From NCBI GenBank assembly GCA_043228905.1, contig JBHGNT010000015.1, positions 434,001 through 498,000 of the forward strand: DNA of 64,000 nt, given 5' to 3'. This DNA comes from Azolla caroliniana. Taxonomy: Eukaryota; Plantae; Polypodiophyta. Positions 46,810 through 60,605 of the stretch are shown here, piece by piece. How positions within the stretch are numbered: position 1 is the first letter of the stretch; every line of letters begins with the position of its first letter. The notes under the pieces are model-generated. The model saw nothing but the letters and a program-made list of their open reading frames with translations, had not been told where the DNA came from and ran no database searches. A program made the translations under genes and the position numbers.

Positions 46810-49203
46810 TATACTCTCACACATTAGAACTTTTAATTTCAATGGAACAAGAATTTGTATAGAAAAATTTGTTGGAACAAGTTACATGAAATTAGAATGT
46901 CTTGCATGATCCTAAATACGCAGGGAGATAAAATAATATTCTTCAATCTCAAACAAAAAATGGGAATAACTCATATAAGGAATGCAAGAATGGACGTGCT
47001 ACTTCAGTTATTCATGATTTATTCCTATTTTCTATGTTTAGGCGTGCTTCAATATCAAAAACTTAGGGGCCTAGCTGCACAGACAGTATGACTTGATTCA
47101 AGGGGAATCAAATGAAGCAGAAAGGGCAAGATCTAAGTTCTTGTTGAAATGGGGTGGTTCTCCCATGATGGTCAAATCTTTGACGATGCCTAAGTGGAAC
47201 TACCAAGTGTTTCCGTTGACAGCTCCCAATATTGTACATGGGATGTAAATATGTATGTATGGCCGGAGCACAAGTGGGTTAACATAGTCGTGTGACCCAA
47301 ATATCTTTGTTATAAAAGAGTTCGTTGGGACTTATTTCAGTTTTGTTGGAGATAGGGGCCGCATGAGTTTTTGCTGCTTTTTTTTTACTAGTTCTGGAGT
47401 TTTTCCTCCGGGTTGTATATTTTGTGTGAGAACATAAGTAAATGTAATTCTTGACACTTCTTCCAAATCATAGTACGTAAAATTCGTGTTCATCTAGCAT
47501 AACATTCGTTTTCATACGTTGGAAAACGAATGCAAATGTTATTCAAACATTCTTGTGTTTTTTTTTCCCCCATTTTTAAAATGTTTTTTTTTGTTTTTTT
47601 CTATTTTTTAGGCTTATTTACCTCATAATAAATAGTTAATCCAAAATTATGATATTTATCATTCTTTGAGGGTGTTTTTCTTACGCAAATGTGAATGCAC
47701 ATATGGCTCATTCTATGTTCCAAATTATTCATTTCTTTTTTACTCTATGCTCAAGGGTGGGGAATCATTATCCATTGTTTGATGGTTGTCATCCTCATGG
47801 GCACGTCTCCTCAAAAAATCAATTTTAAGCGGGCAACCTGCATAATTATATAAACTCACTAATGGTAAAGATAGTGAGAGGGCTTGAACCCAACACAAAT
47901 GCACTTACATGATCATCGTTTGAAGAGTAAAATATATGGTTTTCATGGATACACTCATGGGATGATAACCATATCGCATATCAAATCATTGGTCATTGGT
48001 AGCCACAACATAGGTGAAAACTACAATTCATATAGTGTGAGATCACATGTAAGCATCATGATGAAACATTCACTCATATGACTTTATTTCACCACATAAT
48101 TCTAGAATGTTAATTTTACTAGTTGACCATTTTTTAGAAGAGTGCTTTTGTTGGGGGACAATAGTTTGATATCGTGTTCATTTTGATAACTTGTAAACTT
48201 TCTTCACTAGAAGTAATGAAAATGATAACATTGCCATTTGAAAGGAATTATTAGCAAACCAAATCAATGGTAGCATATAAAGGTTAAGTTCCCAATATTG
48301 CGGTACTATTGTCGCTACATCCCGTTGGGTTAACTTGGGGTTAATCTTATGCACCCACATTCTTTTCAACTTTGGTAGAGTGAGTTATTATCGACAAATA
48401 TTACTTTTGCATACATACATGAACCACACCATCACTCCTTTGTATCCTTTAGATAATCAATATTTATTTTAGTTTTTTGATATGTGCATGACTAAGTGTA
48501 CTATTTAATGGGCATAAAAACCAACTTGGCCCAATAATTCACATGGAAAATAGATGGACACCAAAGACAATCTTTAGTACAGTGGATAATATCTAACTCG
48601 AGGCGGGTAGTTGATCTCCTTCAATTGAATATTCATTTTGCTAAACATTCTACATGCAGAAGAGGTATCCCATCATTGAATTGTTCTTTATTGGCATGTT
48701 TATCCTTTTATCTTTATTCGGTTCGAATATAGAAAACAATAATTGAATATTAGGGTGTCAAAGCTCCATTTTTGACTATGAGACACATTTCTTAAAAAAT
48801 TAAGAGTTGCATGTGTGATCTATCATATAAGTGATAGAAAATTGAATGCAACAAATATCCGGCACACATATAGGATTATGATTGAAAGTTCTTTGGAATA
48901 AAATGATGTGCCACATTCAAGCAGAAGTGTTGGTTTTCAACCTCCTAATAAGTCAAAAGTTTGAAAAATCTCATGGTAGTATAATTATGATGACAAAGGA
49001 AATACAATGAAGACAAAATAATCAAGAAATGAAGGCATATTTGAGGTTACCATCATCTATTTTATGAGATACTTTACAAACATTGGCATTTTTCAGAATA
49101 TTTGCCTTTAGAAGGGATTGCATAATTATTTTAATGGGCTCGAATATAATGTAGGATGTGTGTTAAGCGGTGCTAGTAAACATATGAGTGCTGTTGTATG
49201 GCA

Positions 49204-49207
<4 letters not shown>

Positions 49208-49260
<53 letters not shown>
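49208..49260. repeat. (GA)n microsatellite; further SSRs nearby: (TA)n 49556-49589, (TACA)n 50088-50124, (GA)n 50267-50300
   Basis: Direct reading; all lie upstream of the SLC35F gene. Confidence 0.9.
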
Positions 49261-49263
<3 letters not shown>

Positions 49264-49548
49264 AATGAAGTAAACTTCGACATTATGCATGCACAAGGTC
49301 TTCAAGATTGGCATGTTGTCTTATGGACCACGGAGGATGCGTGTGATTGTTGCACGTCTTGGAGAGGAGAAAAGGCAATTAAGATAATTGATAAGATGAT
49401 ATATGGCCCTTGACAAAGCCATTACAAATGGCGTGCGAGTCAGATACATATTAGTGTGGTAGAAAGCCACGACATCGTGTCTAGAGAGTTCACACATGTA
49501 ATCACTGAAAAGGAAAAAAAGAAGCCACAATATGCATGCACACATGAA

Positions 49549-49591
<43 letters not shown>

Positions 49592-50264
49592 AAATCCTTG
49601 AAAGCATGATTGATTGCTAGAAGACAAGAGTCACGATCGCATGAAAATTAAGCTCAAGAAGGTAACATAATAAAACAGATGCACCATGCGAGGTTATGAA
49701 GATAAGTTTAAGATAAGCCAGAAATGAATGAATTTGGCTAAGTTATATCATATATTAAGTACTAGTTGATATCCCATTGGCGGGCTTCATTTGCTAAGCT
49801 TGCGATTACTCAATGATTATGTGCTTAATCTGTAATTAGTTGTACTAAATTCTAATCATGTGCTCGATGTTAAAATGTTTGTGTGACGAGGGGCCTATAC
49901 TTTGGCCGAGCTTCGATATGTGATGGGCACACACACACACAGAGAAAACACTACTTTAGTAATCTTCCCCAAATCAAGAGAACAAATACATACATACATA
50001 CATACATCCCATCCATACATGATACAGAAATTAATTCCTTTTCAGAGCAGCATTTAATTCCTCTTGTGCTCCTCTAATCTCAAGTGGTACATACATACAT
50101 ACATACATACATACATACATACATAAGGCCATGCAAAATGCAGATTGTGCAGAGAAACAGAGGAAGAGAGGGAATGAGAGAGACTTGAGAGCGTGAGTGA
50201 CAAAGATTGTGCAGGGAGAGAGAGAAAGAGAGAGGAGAGAGAGATTGTGCATAGAAACAGAGTA

Positions 50265-50302
<38 letters not shown>

Positions 50303-50328
50303 GTCTCTAACTATCAATGTGAACAGCT

Positions 50329-53300
50329 ATGGAGCGATCCAAGTTGTATCGACTGTTGGGGGGTCTCGCTCTCGCTCAGATCGCCTCACTACTTCTCACC
50401 CTCACTGGCCTCACCTCCAGCGCTCTCTCCCGCCAAGGTATGCATACACCCCATTGACTCTCTGTCTCCACTGTCTCATTTTTCTGCGTATTTGCACCAA
50501 TACCATGCCCACTTTTGTGAAAGGAGAAGCTAGCTTCTCAAATTAGTTGCCACGAATTACAAGCATTATTGGGCTATCACATAGAGGCATGCTTCTACAT
50601 ACGCACACAGACACTGATATGTATAGACGTATGTACGCACATGCATACAAACATACGTACATACTTACATACACAATCTATATGCATATGGGTATGTGAA
50701 TGCCGATGTATAAGTATATGTGTATGTATGTGCGCATGTGTATATAAACGCGTGTATGTATATATGTGTTAAGTGTGCCAAATTCAGGTGACAAGTGAGA
50801 ACTTGGCAGGTATACGAATGCTTGATTGCCAACATATGTCAGTAATAATTATCTGAGCGGATATACTTTCACCCAAGGAGTGTTTTTAAGTGTTTGCTCA
50901 TGTCCTCACCATCTTGTTGTTAATTGATATATCATTGAGATCGTGGTAAACTTATCTTTCATCATCGAACATGTTGAAGAGTTTAGGACGGTGTCCTCAA
51001 GTGCAGACGAAATTAAAGTTAAAGATTTGTATCAGTCAAAGTTAAAACCAACGAATAAATCTTTTCATGTGATAGGATTGGGATGGAAAGTATTAAGACA
51101 TCAAAAGAACAGATTTTGCTTGTTAAGAAGATTCACAAATCATCAGATGCCATATTGACGATGGAGATGAATCTTCAAGATAATAAAGGATTTCATGCAA
51201 TCGTCAAACAAGTGCTCAGGGGATGGAAAGGTTGAAAAAGAAATAGGGCATAAGGTTTCTCCAACCAAGCATTCTCCCCCTCATAAAAAAATAAGGCATA
51301 GTTTGCACAATTATAAACGGGCAAAGAAGTCTTCTCATTCACATGTATGACCACATATAAAGGAAGAAGAAAAATCCTGCTGCCAAAAACAATCAACATT
51401 GCCGTAAAAATTGACCCTGATGAACTCGATGGAGTAAAAATAGGAAACATATCCAAAAATGGAGATCGATTTCTAGAAAAATGCAAACGGAGACAAAAAG
51501 AGACACAGTAAGCTAATCAGAAGATCAGAATACTATATAGTAGAGATATCTTTATACAAGTGAGCAAGAGTTTGTGGACTTTGTAGATGTTTCAGCTTGG
51601 CAGCTAACCAGTAAATGAATGATGAATGTGAGAATGGTCTCGTTACTGAATATATGATGAAGGTTCTAGTACGGTATAATGTGCAAAGATTACCTAAAAC
51701 TGTTGAGATACGTTAGATGTGCCAAAACAAGTTCACTTATTTCATTTGTTAGGACTGCATGTTTGTTATTTCTTCCTTTTTATTAGCTTTTCCTAGATAA
51801 ATATTATCATGCAAAAGAAAAAGAAATCTATCACTCTTTATTTACTTTGAATGTTTTCCCAGGTATCAATGTTCCAACATCTCAGTCATTATGTAACTAT
51901 GGTCTCCTTGCATTAGTGTATGGCTCCATTTTCGTTTACAGAAGACAGCCAATGCAGGTGACTTTCTTTCTTCTCATCACTGGAACTAAGAATATGTTTA
52001 TGTCATTTTATTTGTGTATATTCTGGTTATCAAGTTTGGTGGATGTTGTCTATTGCGCTTACTTATTGTGGTTAGCATAAAATCCTGTCATATTTTTTGA
52101 AATTGCACATCTTTCTTTGTGATCATTCAATGTTTCTGACCATTGCCAATTTTTAGGCTTGTACTTTGTGAAATACTCTTATGTTGTCCATCTTACCCTT
52201 GAAAACTTTGAAAGGTTCTAATTCTATGTAGCGAATTAATCTAATAATGAATGTAGTTAATTTTTAAATGGATGTCAAATATTACAATCATGGGAAAACC
52301 ATCCTTGGATATGTAACACTCAACTAAAGCTATGAAAACTGGTTCTTGGATATGCTTGAAAAGGTTATTGAGCTACGAAGGTGAATATAAATATTCACTG
52401 TTGAAATGGGAGACTTTGGGATTCAAGCTTTCTAAATATCTGCGTGATGAACCTTAGGATATGAATCACATGCTACCTTTCCTATTTAGGGACTTCGGTT
52501 GAAGCATTGTGGAGCCTAAACCAATAGGCTTACTCCATGATATGTCAGAACATAATTGTTTAAAGAGGGATACATATACAAACTCTTTAACGTTTCAGAG
52601 ATCAAAATTTAGGTTGCTCCTGTTTTATTTTATTTGATCCAAGTTGTTTTAATAAGATTGAATAGTCATACTTATAGTAATCAATGTTTTATGTGGTTGA
52701 TATAGGTGCGATGGTTTTATTATCTTTTACTGGCCTTTATCGATGTTGAAGCAAATTATTTTGGTGAGTCTTTGCTAGTGTGCATTTTTGTTCTTGCAGC
52801 AAAAGCTAACATTTAGATTCTTTCATTAAAATTTGTAACTGTTCCACATGTTTCTCTTGCATGTTTTTGCTAGCAAAGCTATGTTTTTCTTGACGAACTG
52901 TTGCTATAGATGAAGTCCCAAGAATTCCTAACATGGATAATATCATGTAGGTTTTTTTACTGTCATGAAACTAGATGCCTGAACTGTTTTGTACAGAGGT
53001 ATGTAATGTTCTATGCTTGAGTAGAAATAGGACTCCACAGATTACAGCATTTTCTCAATACTGCGATTCTAATCTTAATAAAAATAAATGGTTTTCTGGG
53101 AAAAGTTGTAATCCTACCCTAGATTGCCATTTCAGTGTTACGTATATTGAAAATTTGAATCAGTCATTTGCATATATATTTAATTATACTAATCAAGTTA
53201 ATCTCTTCGCTATTTTAAAACTAATCGTATATAATGCTGACTTTGCTGTTATTTCAATCTCTTGGATATGAAACGGCGTTCTGGGTGAGGCTACTACATT

Positions 53301-55951
53301 GTTGAGTATATGGCTAATTGATTTTCTTCTATATTTATTTAATTAACGAGATCATATTTTGTTTTCTACCACACTACCTTTCCTCAATTTGAAAAATGTT
53401 TTAAGAACTTTGTATAAGGTGGATGTGGAAATTACATTTGACTTTCTTTATTTTTCTTATTTGATGGATTTAGTGGTAAAGGCATACCAGTATACATCGT
53501 TGACCAGTGTCATGCTGCTTGATTGTTGGACAATCCCTTGTTGTCTTCTTTTGACATGGCTGTTTATAAAGACAAGATATAATATTGGTCAACTTGTTGG
53601 GGTATGCTGCTGCATATTGGGTCTGGTACTTGTCATACTATCCGATGTACATGCAGAGGATAGATCAAGTAAGTTCATTTTTGAGAATGTGAATTATTTT
53701 CTCAACTATTGCCTAACCTGACTAAGATGTCTCATATGTGAAACTTATGGACATGTCTATTAGAACAATAATATATCCCTATAAAGCATTTGGAAGAGAA
53801 TGAGGGCTTTACTTAATCAATTTCTGAATCATCATCACATCTTGCAGGAGGCAGTAATCCTGCTTTGGGGGATTCTTTAGTCATAATTGGTGCTACATTA
53901 TATGCACTCTCAAATGTCTCTGAGGTAACTACTCTTTAAAAGTTTGATTTAGTCAAAGTACATTGGGAGATGAGCCATGGTGCGTGAAGAACTTCACTGT
54001 ATTAGAAACATATCTCTGGCTGAATATATAGCGGCAGGTTCATTTTCTTTCAAGCACAGATTTCCTACCTCTTTATATGCTTTTGATTGTATTTCTAGCT
54101 ACACATTTTATTTTCATTTTGTTTAGTCTGCTTGAACTGGGGGAGCACTTATATATTCTTAAATTTCTTCCTCCTAACTGTGCAAATTTGTATTTTGCAT
54201 TACTATAATGAATGTTAAGTGCATAACAAATACTGTTGAATTTAAGTAATAGCAGTTATCTGTCTAATTGTGCATCTTCAGTTTTTTCTATGACAATATG
54301 ATTTCACATTGTTTAGTGGCATGTTAAGAAAGATTTGACCATAGAACAGAATTAGTTATTTATTCTTTAGTTTTTAGCATTTTTGGAGTGGGTGAAAGCC
54401 TGGGCATACAATGACGTTTCTGCCAAATGCGAATCAGCCTTTATTATTTTGTCTTTCTATCAATATATTGTGAATCCAGGATAAGTAAGGACATGCAGAT
54501 TTGAGCGTTAAAACAAAATTCAACTATTTATTCGTCAATTTTTAGCATTTTCAGAGTCGGTGAAAGCAATTATAGTTTTTTAGACAACCTCCCTGGGCAC
54601 ACGATGTGTTTTCCCACGTAATGTGAATAAGCCTTTCAAGCAAAAATATTACTTTTTATTTTTGTAGCAATATAGTGGGAATTCAGGATTAGAAAGGAAA
54701 TGCTGGATATGCTTTGCTAGGTTTTTGTTTTGGAAAATATTCTTTATAGTTGGCTTTGTTATAAATGAGTGGTTTAAGTGTAGTTAATCACGTATTTTTA
54801 TTTGTTTCTATCCAACAGGAATTCTTGATCAAGAAAGTGGACCTTGTTGAATTAATGGCATTTCTGGGCTTGTTTGGCAGTATAATTAGTGCATGCCAAG
54901 TGTATCCTCAAAGATTTATGTGTAAAGCTATATAAAGATCTCACTATGTTGATTTATCGAAAATTTGTCACAATCAACACCAGGAAACAACGAAGTAAGA
55001 CATCAGACTTTGCTTTTTTTTGCAAGATTTGCTACCTTAATGCTGTTTTATTCAGGGCAATATTAGAGAGACATGATCTCGCATCAACCACCTGGACAAC
55101 AAATGCTGTAAGAATTCTTTTCTTTATATCCTCGATTGATCCCTTCCAGCTATTTATTGCTCCGATTAGTTCTTTTTTCTTGTCCAGTTCAGGTCCTTCC
55201 TTTTTTTGGTTTTGGCATCACCCTTTTTCTGTTCTATTCGATGGTGCCATTCATCTTGAAAGTGAGCCTTTAAACATTTGATCGGCTACTCTTTTAATTC
55301 CTCCAAAGATATATAATCATTTCACTGCTATATTCCTTTGCAACATCAGTTCAGTGGTGCTACTCTACTCAATCTTTCCTTACTTACATCTGATATGTGG
55401 GCGGTAGTAATTCGTATCTTTGCTTATCATCAAGTGGTACGTGGCAAAAGCAATCAACATAGGTTACATCCCTTGAGTGCTTAAATCAATTACATTAACA
55501 CTATGCTGTATAGGTGGATTGGCTTTTCTTCATTGCATTTGCCGTGGTGGCGATCGGTTTAATAATCTACAGTGTCAGGTAGATTTGAGTAAAGTGGAAT
55601 TATAATTTCCTGTTCTTTTTCGTGTATATTTTTCAAAGCAGATGTCTATTTGAATGCAGTGGTAAATTCATTAAAGCAAATGGTACAACTATGGACGAAA
55701 TGTCATGCAAGATAGTGGATGTGAGAGTTACAAACGAAGGTCTTCATCATTCCATCGATGGGGCAGAAGACCGACATCATTCAATAGGTGGGGAAGAAAA
55801 CCCACATTGTTTAGTTGGTGGGGAAGAAGATCAACAGTGTTTGATCGGTGCGGAAGAACATCCACATTGTTCTATTGATGGGGAAAAAGATCCACACCAT
55901 TCGATCGGTGGGAAAGATCCACAGCCTGATACCAATAGGGCTGTTTTGTAA
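50329..55951 (+). CDS. Solute carrier family 35 member F (SLC35F/DUF914) transporter, 11 exons
   Basis: [100 protein letters not shown]. Exons 50329-50437, 51863-51957, 52706-52763, 53474-53668, 53848-53924, 54819-54901, 55056-55107, 55193-55261, 55350-55436, 55514-55578, 55642(or 55660)-55951. Confidence 0.93.
54902..55055 (+). other. U12-type (minor spliceosome) GT-AG intron
   Basis: 5' site GTATCCTC; branch motif ACCTTAAT ending 14 nt before the acceptor G; only this splice choice keeps the frame (CQV-AILERHDL). Confidence 0.82.
55746..55925 (+). repeat. Coding ~30-bp (10-aa) tandem repeat in the SLC35F C-terminal tail
   Basis: HHSIDGAEDR HHSIGGEENP HCLVGGEEDQ QCLIGAEEHP HCSIDGEKDP HHSIGGKDP. 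Confidence 0.88.
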
Positions 55952-56425
55952 CATGAAATTAGCCTGTGAAATTAATTCTATTACGAAAGCTACGGGGAAG
56001 GAATCCATGCTCATACTTTGGCCATGCGAATAAACTTCTCTTCATTCCATGAGGTTAACTTTTGTCTTCATACCACGAGGTTGACTTTCCCGATTAATTC
56101 TAACAATACCATATAATTTTATCATTGTATTTCTTCGAGTAGCTAGAGTGTCCAGTATATAAAACCTTTGTTTGGGAATCTGAATTGGGGTCATTGCCAA
56201 ACAAAGGCTTTGAAGACTTACCAACTAATAATTGTGACGACCATATCTTGTAACTACATAATTCCTCCTAGTTGCACCTCTATATAATTCTCTCTTGTGA
56301 AAGGACATGACCATTGCTGATGTCAATGTTTCACATCAAATTGTTGAGAGGATAATAATTCATATAGTGATATTAGTGTAATCCTATTGAATTTATATAT
56401 GTCCTGCTTATGGGGGGATACCAAG

Positions 56426-56910
56426 TAACAATCGGCAACGGTTCGGTTCGGTTTGAGAGGGTCCAAACCGAACCGGTTTGGAACCGAACCATTAAAAAAT
56501 GTTGAAACCTGAACCGAACCGTTAAACATTTTTTAAACCGTTAAACCATTAAACCGTAAAAACTGCGGTTTCGTGGTTCGGTTTCGGTTTTCAACATAGG
56601 TCAAATTTATTTTATTTTATTTTTAAATTTATAATATTTCATTATTTAGAATTTTTAAAATTTTTAAGATGTTCCTAAAATGTGAGAATAAGAGTAAAAA
56701 TGAAAAGTTTGTTTAAAAACAATTTTTAAAATTTTTTAGAATTTTTTTCAAAATTTTAAATTTTTAAAAAAATAATTTAAAACCGTTTAAACCACGGTTT
56801 TTGACTGCTGAAACCAAACCGAAACCGAACCGAACCGTTGAAGCCGTTAAGCCGTTAAACTGCGATTTCGCAGTTCGGTTCGGATCAAACCGAACCGTTG
56901 CCGATTGTTA
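56426..56910. mobile_element. hAT-type MITE (485 bp)
   Basis: TIR taacaatcggcaacggttcggtt / aaccgaaccgttgccgattgtta; perfect 8-bp TSD ATACCAAG; subterminal aaccg/ccgtt repeats; AT-rich core. Confidence 0.93.
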
Positions 56911-57149
56911 ATACCAAGGTAAAGATGATAGATGTCCTCTTAGGACTAGGTGCTAAGGTAAGCATGCAATTCATCTTGTGGGAAGATACCCCAAATCAGG
57001 GTAACATGACTAATCAATCACACCAAACATTTAATGTTAAACAAATTTAATATTACTACTTTAGACATTCAATGCTTATTTCTCTTAGTTGCAATGTGTT
57101 ATGTATATGCTAAATATGGCGGAGATCTCAATATCTCGAAAGCTCAAGA

Positions 57150-57650
57150 ACTATTTGAAAGTGCAAAGAAGATAAACTTGAATCAATTCGTGAGAGGATC
57201 CATTTAGAAAGGAGGATTGTAAATTCCCAAATTGCAAAAATATATCTCCAAATAGATGTTGACCTCAAGTGAGAAATAAAGTGATGTCTATTGTGCTCTA
57301 GTGATAATGTGCAAAAGAAATGCATTCTACCAGCAATATTTTGTATCCGAAGGCATCTCCAAAGGGCAAACCCCCAATCATAACCTTTCAAATTAAACAT
57401 GTTAGCTCTAAACGCAAGATAAGAGTGCCATCCCATCCCAACCACACTTTGCAACAATGTTATGGGCTTTATAAATCCCCATTCTCTAGTAACCCTATTT
57501 TCTGTACAAAATAGGGAAGTAATGTTCTCCCTCTTTGTTGGGGGGGTATAATTATCAACAATCTTGAAAATTCCATTTGTCTATCAAGTGGCCACTATCT
57601 TTGGGTTCCAAAATTTTGATCCCTCTTTCCTCAAGAAAAATGCCCCATCT
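57150..57650 (-). pseudogene. Decayed L1-like zf-RVT remnant
   Basis: Frameshifted pieces KVMIGGLPFG and FFCTLSLEHNRHHFIS...SIWRYI parallel the zf-RVT of the LINE at 10.9-11.4 kb. Confidence 0.45.
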
Positions 57651-60151
57651 CTATCCATACTTATCTATCGTCACACATCACTCTAAGGTAGGAAAATCTC
57701 TAAATAATATGTTCGTGTAAATTTAATATTGCCACCCCACAATCTACCCAAGATAGGCCCAATTTATCTTTTTTTCCCATAAACCACATTCACACTATCA
57801 AACTTTTAGTTGCCTTCTTCTTTCATATATCTTGAAAAGTCATATGATAATATAAACTAGTTGTTTGTGAAGGAATTAAAGACACACCTATTTTTGTGGT
57901 GAGTGTACATCAAGTTTGATATATACCTTGGGTGGGTGAGGCATCAAGTTCACATGTTATCAATTGAGGAATCACTCAACATACTCCAATTGGAAATCAA
58001 TTAGACAAGGTTGTCCATTGAGTCACTTTATTGTTTGCGATTGTAAAACATCCCATTTAACAATGTTACATAATATGGAAAGGGATGAAATTTTGATGTA
58101 ACTTTCATTACATAAAGAAAGCTTTGCATTGTGAGTGTATAGCAAATGATCACATCATGTTTTTGGGTGTCACGCATGGCAAAATTTCTAAAGCTATGGA
58201 AGTGTTGGTGAAGATTAACATTGTCATTCCATGTACAAAGAGGAATTTGTAAAATCTTGGAAGGATAGGAGTTATTGTTCCTCATCGTATGATTCGTTGG
58301 CTCTTGGCTTATCCAAATGGTTTGGAGGTGAGAGATGTCCCGAAAGATTGAGGACAAATGCATGTACTAAAAGTCACATGGTTGGCCTTTTCATATAAGA
58401 CGTAAAGAGGTGAATCTTGGTTTTTCGCAAAGCAAAGCACACAATTGCGATGAATTTCCTTTTGAGAATTCATAATTCACGTGGGATCTAAAAGTCTAAC
58501 ATTGTTCTTGTCCCGATGTTGATCTTATTATAATCCAGTACTAACAATAAACACTACAAAGGAAACAAACAATATAAGGTTTCGTTAACCACATCAACCA
58601 CCCTTGAGTGGATAAAAGATGAATCAGAAACCACTTTGATGTTCGATACCACCAAATATGGCCATCATATTATTTCTTGAGTCCAAATGAAGATGGATAG
58701 AAATGACGAGAACTTTGTTTCACTTGACACCAATGTATTAATTCCTTAGGTTCTTGGATCACCATGTGTGCCTACATGCCACAAGTCCTAGGGTAACCAA
58801 TATCCCACTTATCCTACCCTTAAATAATTAAAATTGACCTTTAGAATTTGTCACTAAGGTTTTGCCCGTAACATCCTAAATGCCATGTGCTACATTAGCT
58901 CTTCAATGTTTGAATGATGAATCACACATTTTGAAGGTCTTGGATTTCAGGATGAGTTTCAAATCACAATACTCCGACCTTGAAAATAGGCATTAGGCTA
59001 TTTATTGCTCATTGACTATTTTCAATGATTTTCATAACTTTTGGCTATTTTTGTGATCAATTGTTTTGAAAGATTCGCTCAACTAAGGAAATACAATATT
59101 ATAACCCAACCATTAGCCGATTAAAGGGAACTTCAAAGATTCGCTTATTTTCAACCTTTTTAGGGTTTCATAACCTAGAATTTCGCCAACCATTCATATA
59201 CAACAAGATCACAAGAGGTTCCTTATCTTTTGTCTTGGTTCTTCTCACACCTTGAGAAGTAAAGAAGAGCATTTGAGGCATTTGAAGGTGATGATGAGTT
59301 TGGCAAAAGCTAAATTAGTGCGGATCCTATTGTGTTCAAGAGAGAAATGTTGTATTTGCAAACATAGACATATTTAAAGGGTATAAAGTGAATTTAACCT
59401 TATGTTAACCGCTGGCCCAATAGGTCTTTTTTTCATGCTAGTGAGATACTACTTCCAATTGACCTTCTTGGTCTTGTACAAAAGTTTATCAACAACTTGG
59501 GGAAGAAGCAGAAGTGGGCCTTTGAAAGGCTTGGTTATCACACACATGTTGATGAACTGGCCAAAAAAACAAGTAATGGCCAAAACACTTTTGTGATGCT
59601 CAAGTGGCAAGCAAATACAATAGAATGGGCATTGGAAAATGGAGGTGATACGAAGTACCAAAAACCTCAAGTGCCAATGCGTGAATGGGGCCACACAAGG
59701 ATGTTGTGATGCTCGAGTACGGACACCCCGTGATTTGCCAAGGTAGGAATAATGACTACATGGGTTGCGAGCAAGTAATTAGCGGAGCGGAGGAACTCTG
59801 TAAACAAGAGGGCATTAAGAAGGAGTGGGATGGCGGCCCTAGGACATATACATATACATATACATACATGTACATATACATATACATATACATATACATG
59901 TACATATAGATAAAGATTTAGATAGAAATAGCTCCTTCTCATAGAGATATTGTAACTTACTTATTTACTTAAAGAATGAGAGATGGCTGGCTTCGAACCC
60001 ATGACCTCCTCCTACTCTTCTTCTACTTAAAAACTTTTATCTATCTCTCTATCAAATTCCTCATAATCATAATAACCACTCTCGCCAAGACGTTGAAAAA
60101 GAGCCGTTACGGAACGAAGAAGAAAAAGAAAGAAGAAAAAGAAAGAAAAGA

Positions 60152-60197
60152 AAGAAGAAGAAGAAGAAGAAGAAGAAGAAGAAGAAGAAGAAGAAGA
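60152..60197. repeat. (GAA)n tract upstream of / in the 5' UTR of the TPX2-like gene
   Basis: Direct reading. Confidence 0.9.
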
Positions 60198-60605
60198 ACA
60201 CATACTCTGTTTTCTGTAGAGTAGAGTAGAGCAGAGCAGAGCAGGGAAGAGTTCGAATAATCTTCTGCTTCCTGCTGCTTTCAACCAATCTTTTCCTTCT
60301 CTTCCTGCTCTCGATTGATCGTTCGATCGATCGCTTTCTCTTCTCATTTCGATCGATTGCCCCCATTTCGAATGCCTGAACACCCTCATCTCGTTGTACA
60401 GGCAGCAAATTCTGTGATCTTCACCTCGCATATAGAATCCATTAGCAGGTACTGTATCTCTGTCTGTCTGTTTTGATTGGTTTTACCTGTTTGGATTGTT
60501 TGTAACGTTAAGACTATTCTTCTCTGCCTCTGATTCTCTCATGTTGTTTAACCTTACCCTACCTTACCTTTCATTTCTATCTCTGTCTATGGCGCCCATA
60601 GCCAT

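Noticed and set aside
47030-47505. Possible solo LTR (TATA, ends ...ataaca)
   Set aside because: No matching TSD or clear 5' TG terminus was found.
59985-60012. B-box-like ggttcgaagcc on the minus strand upstream of the TPX2-like gene
   Set aside because: No accompanying A box or tRNA fold, and too short to support.
59976-60431. Poly-R/S/F ORFs
   Set aside because: Translations of the (GAA)n microsatellite.
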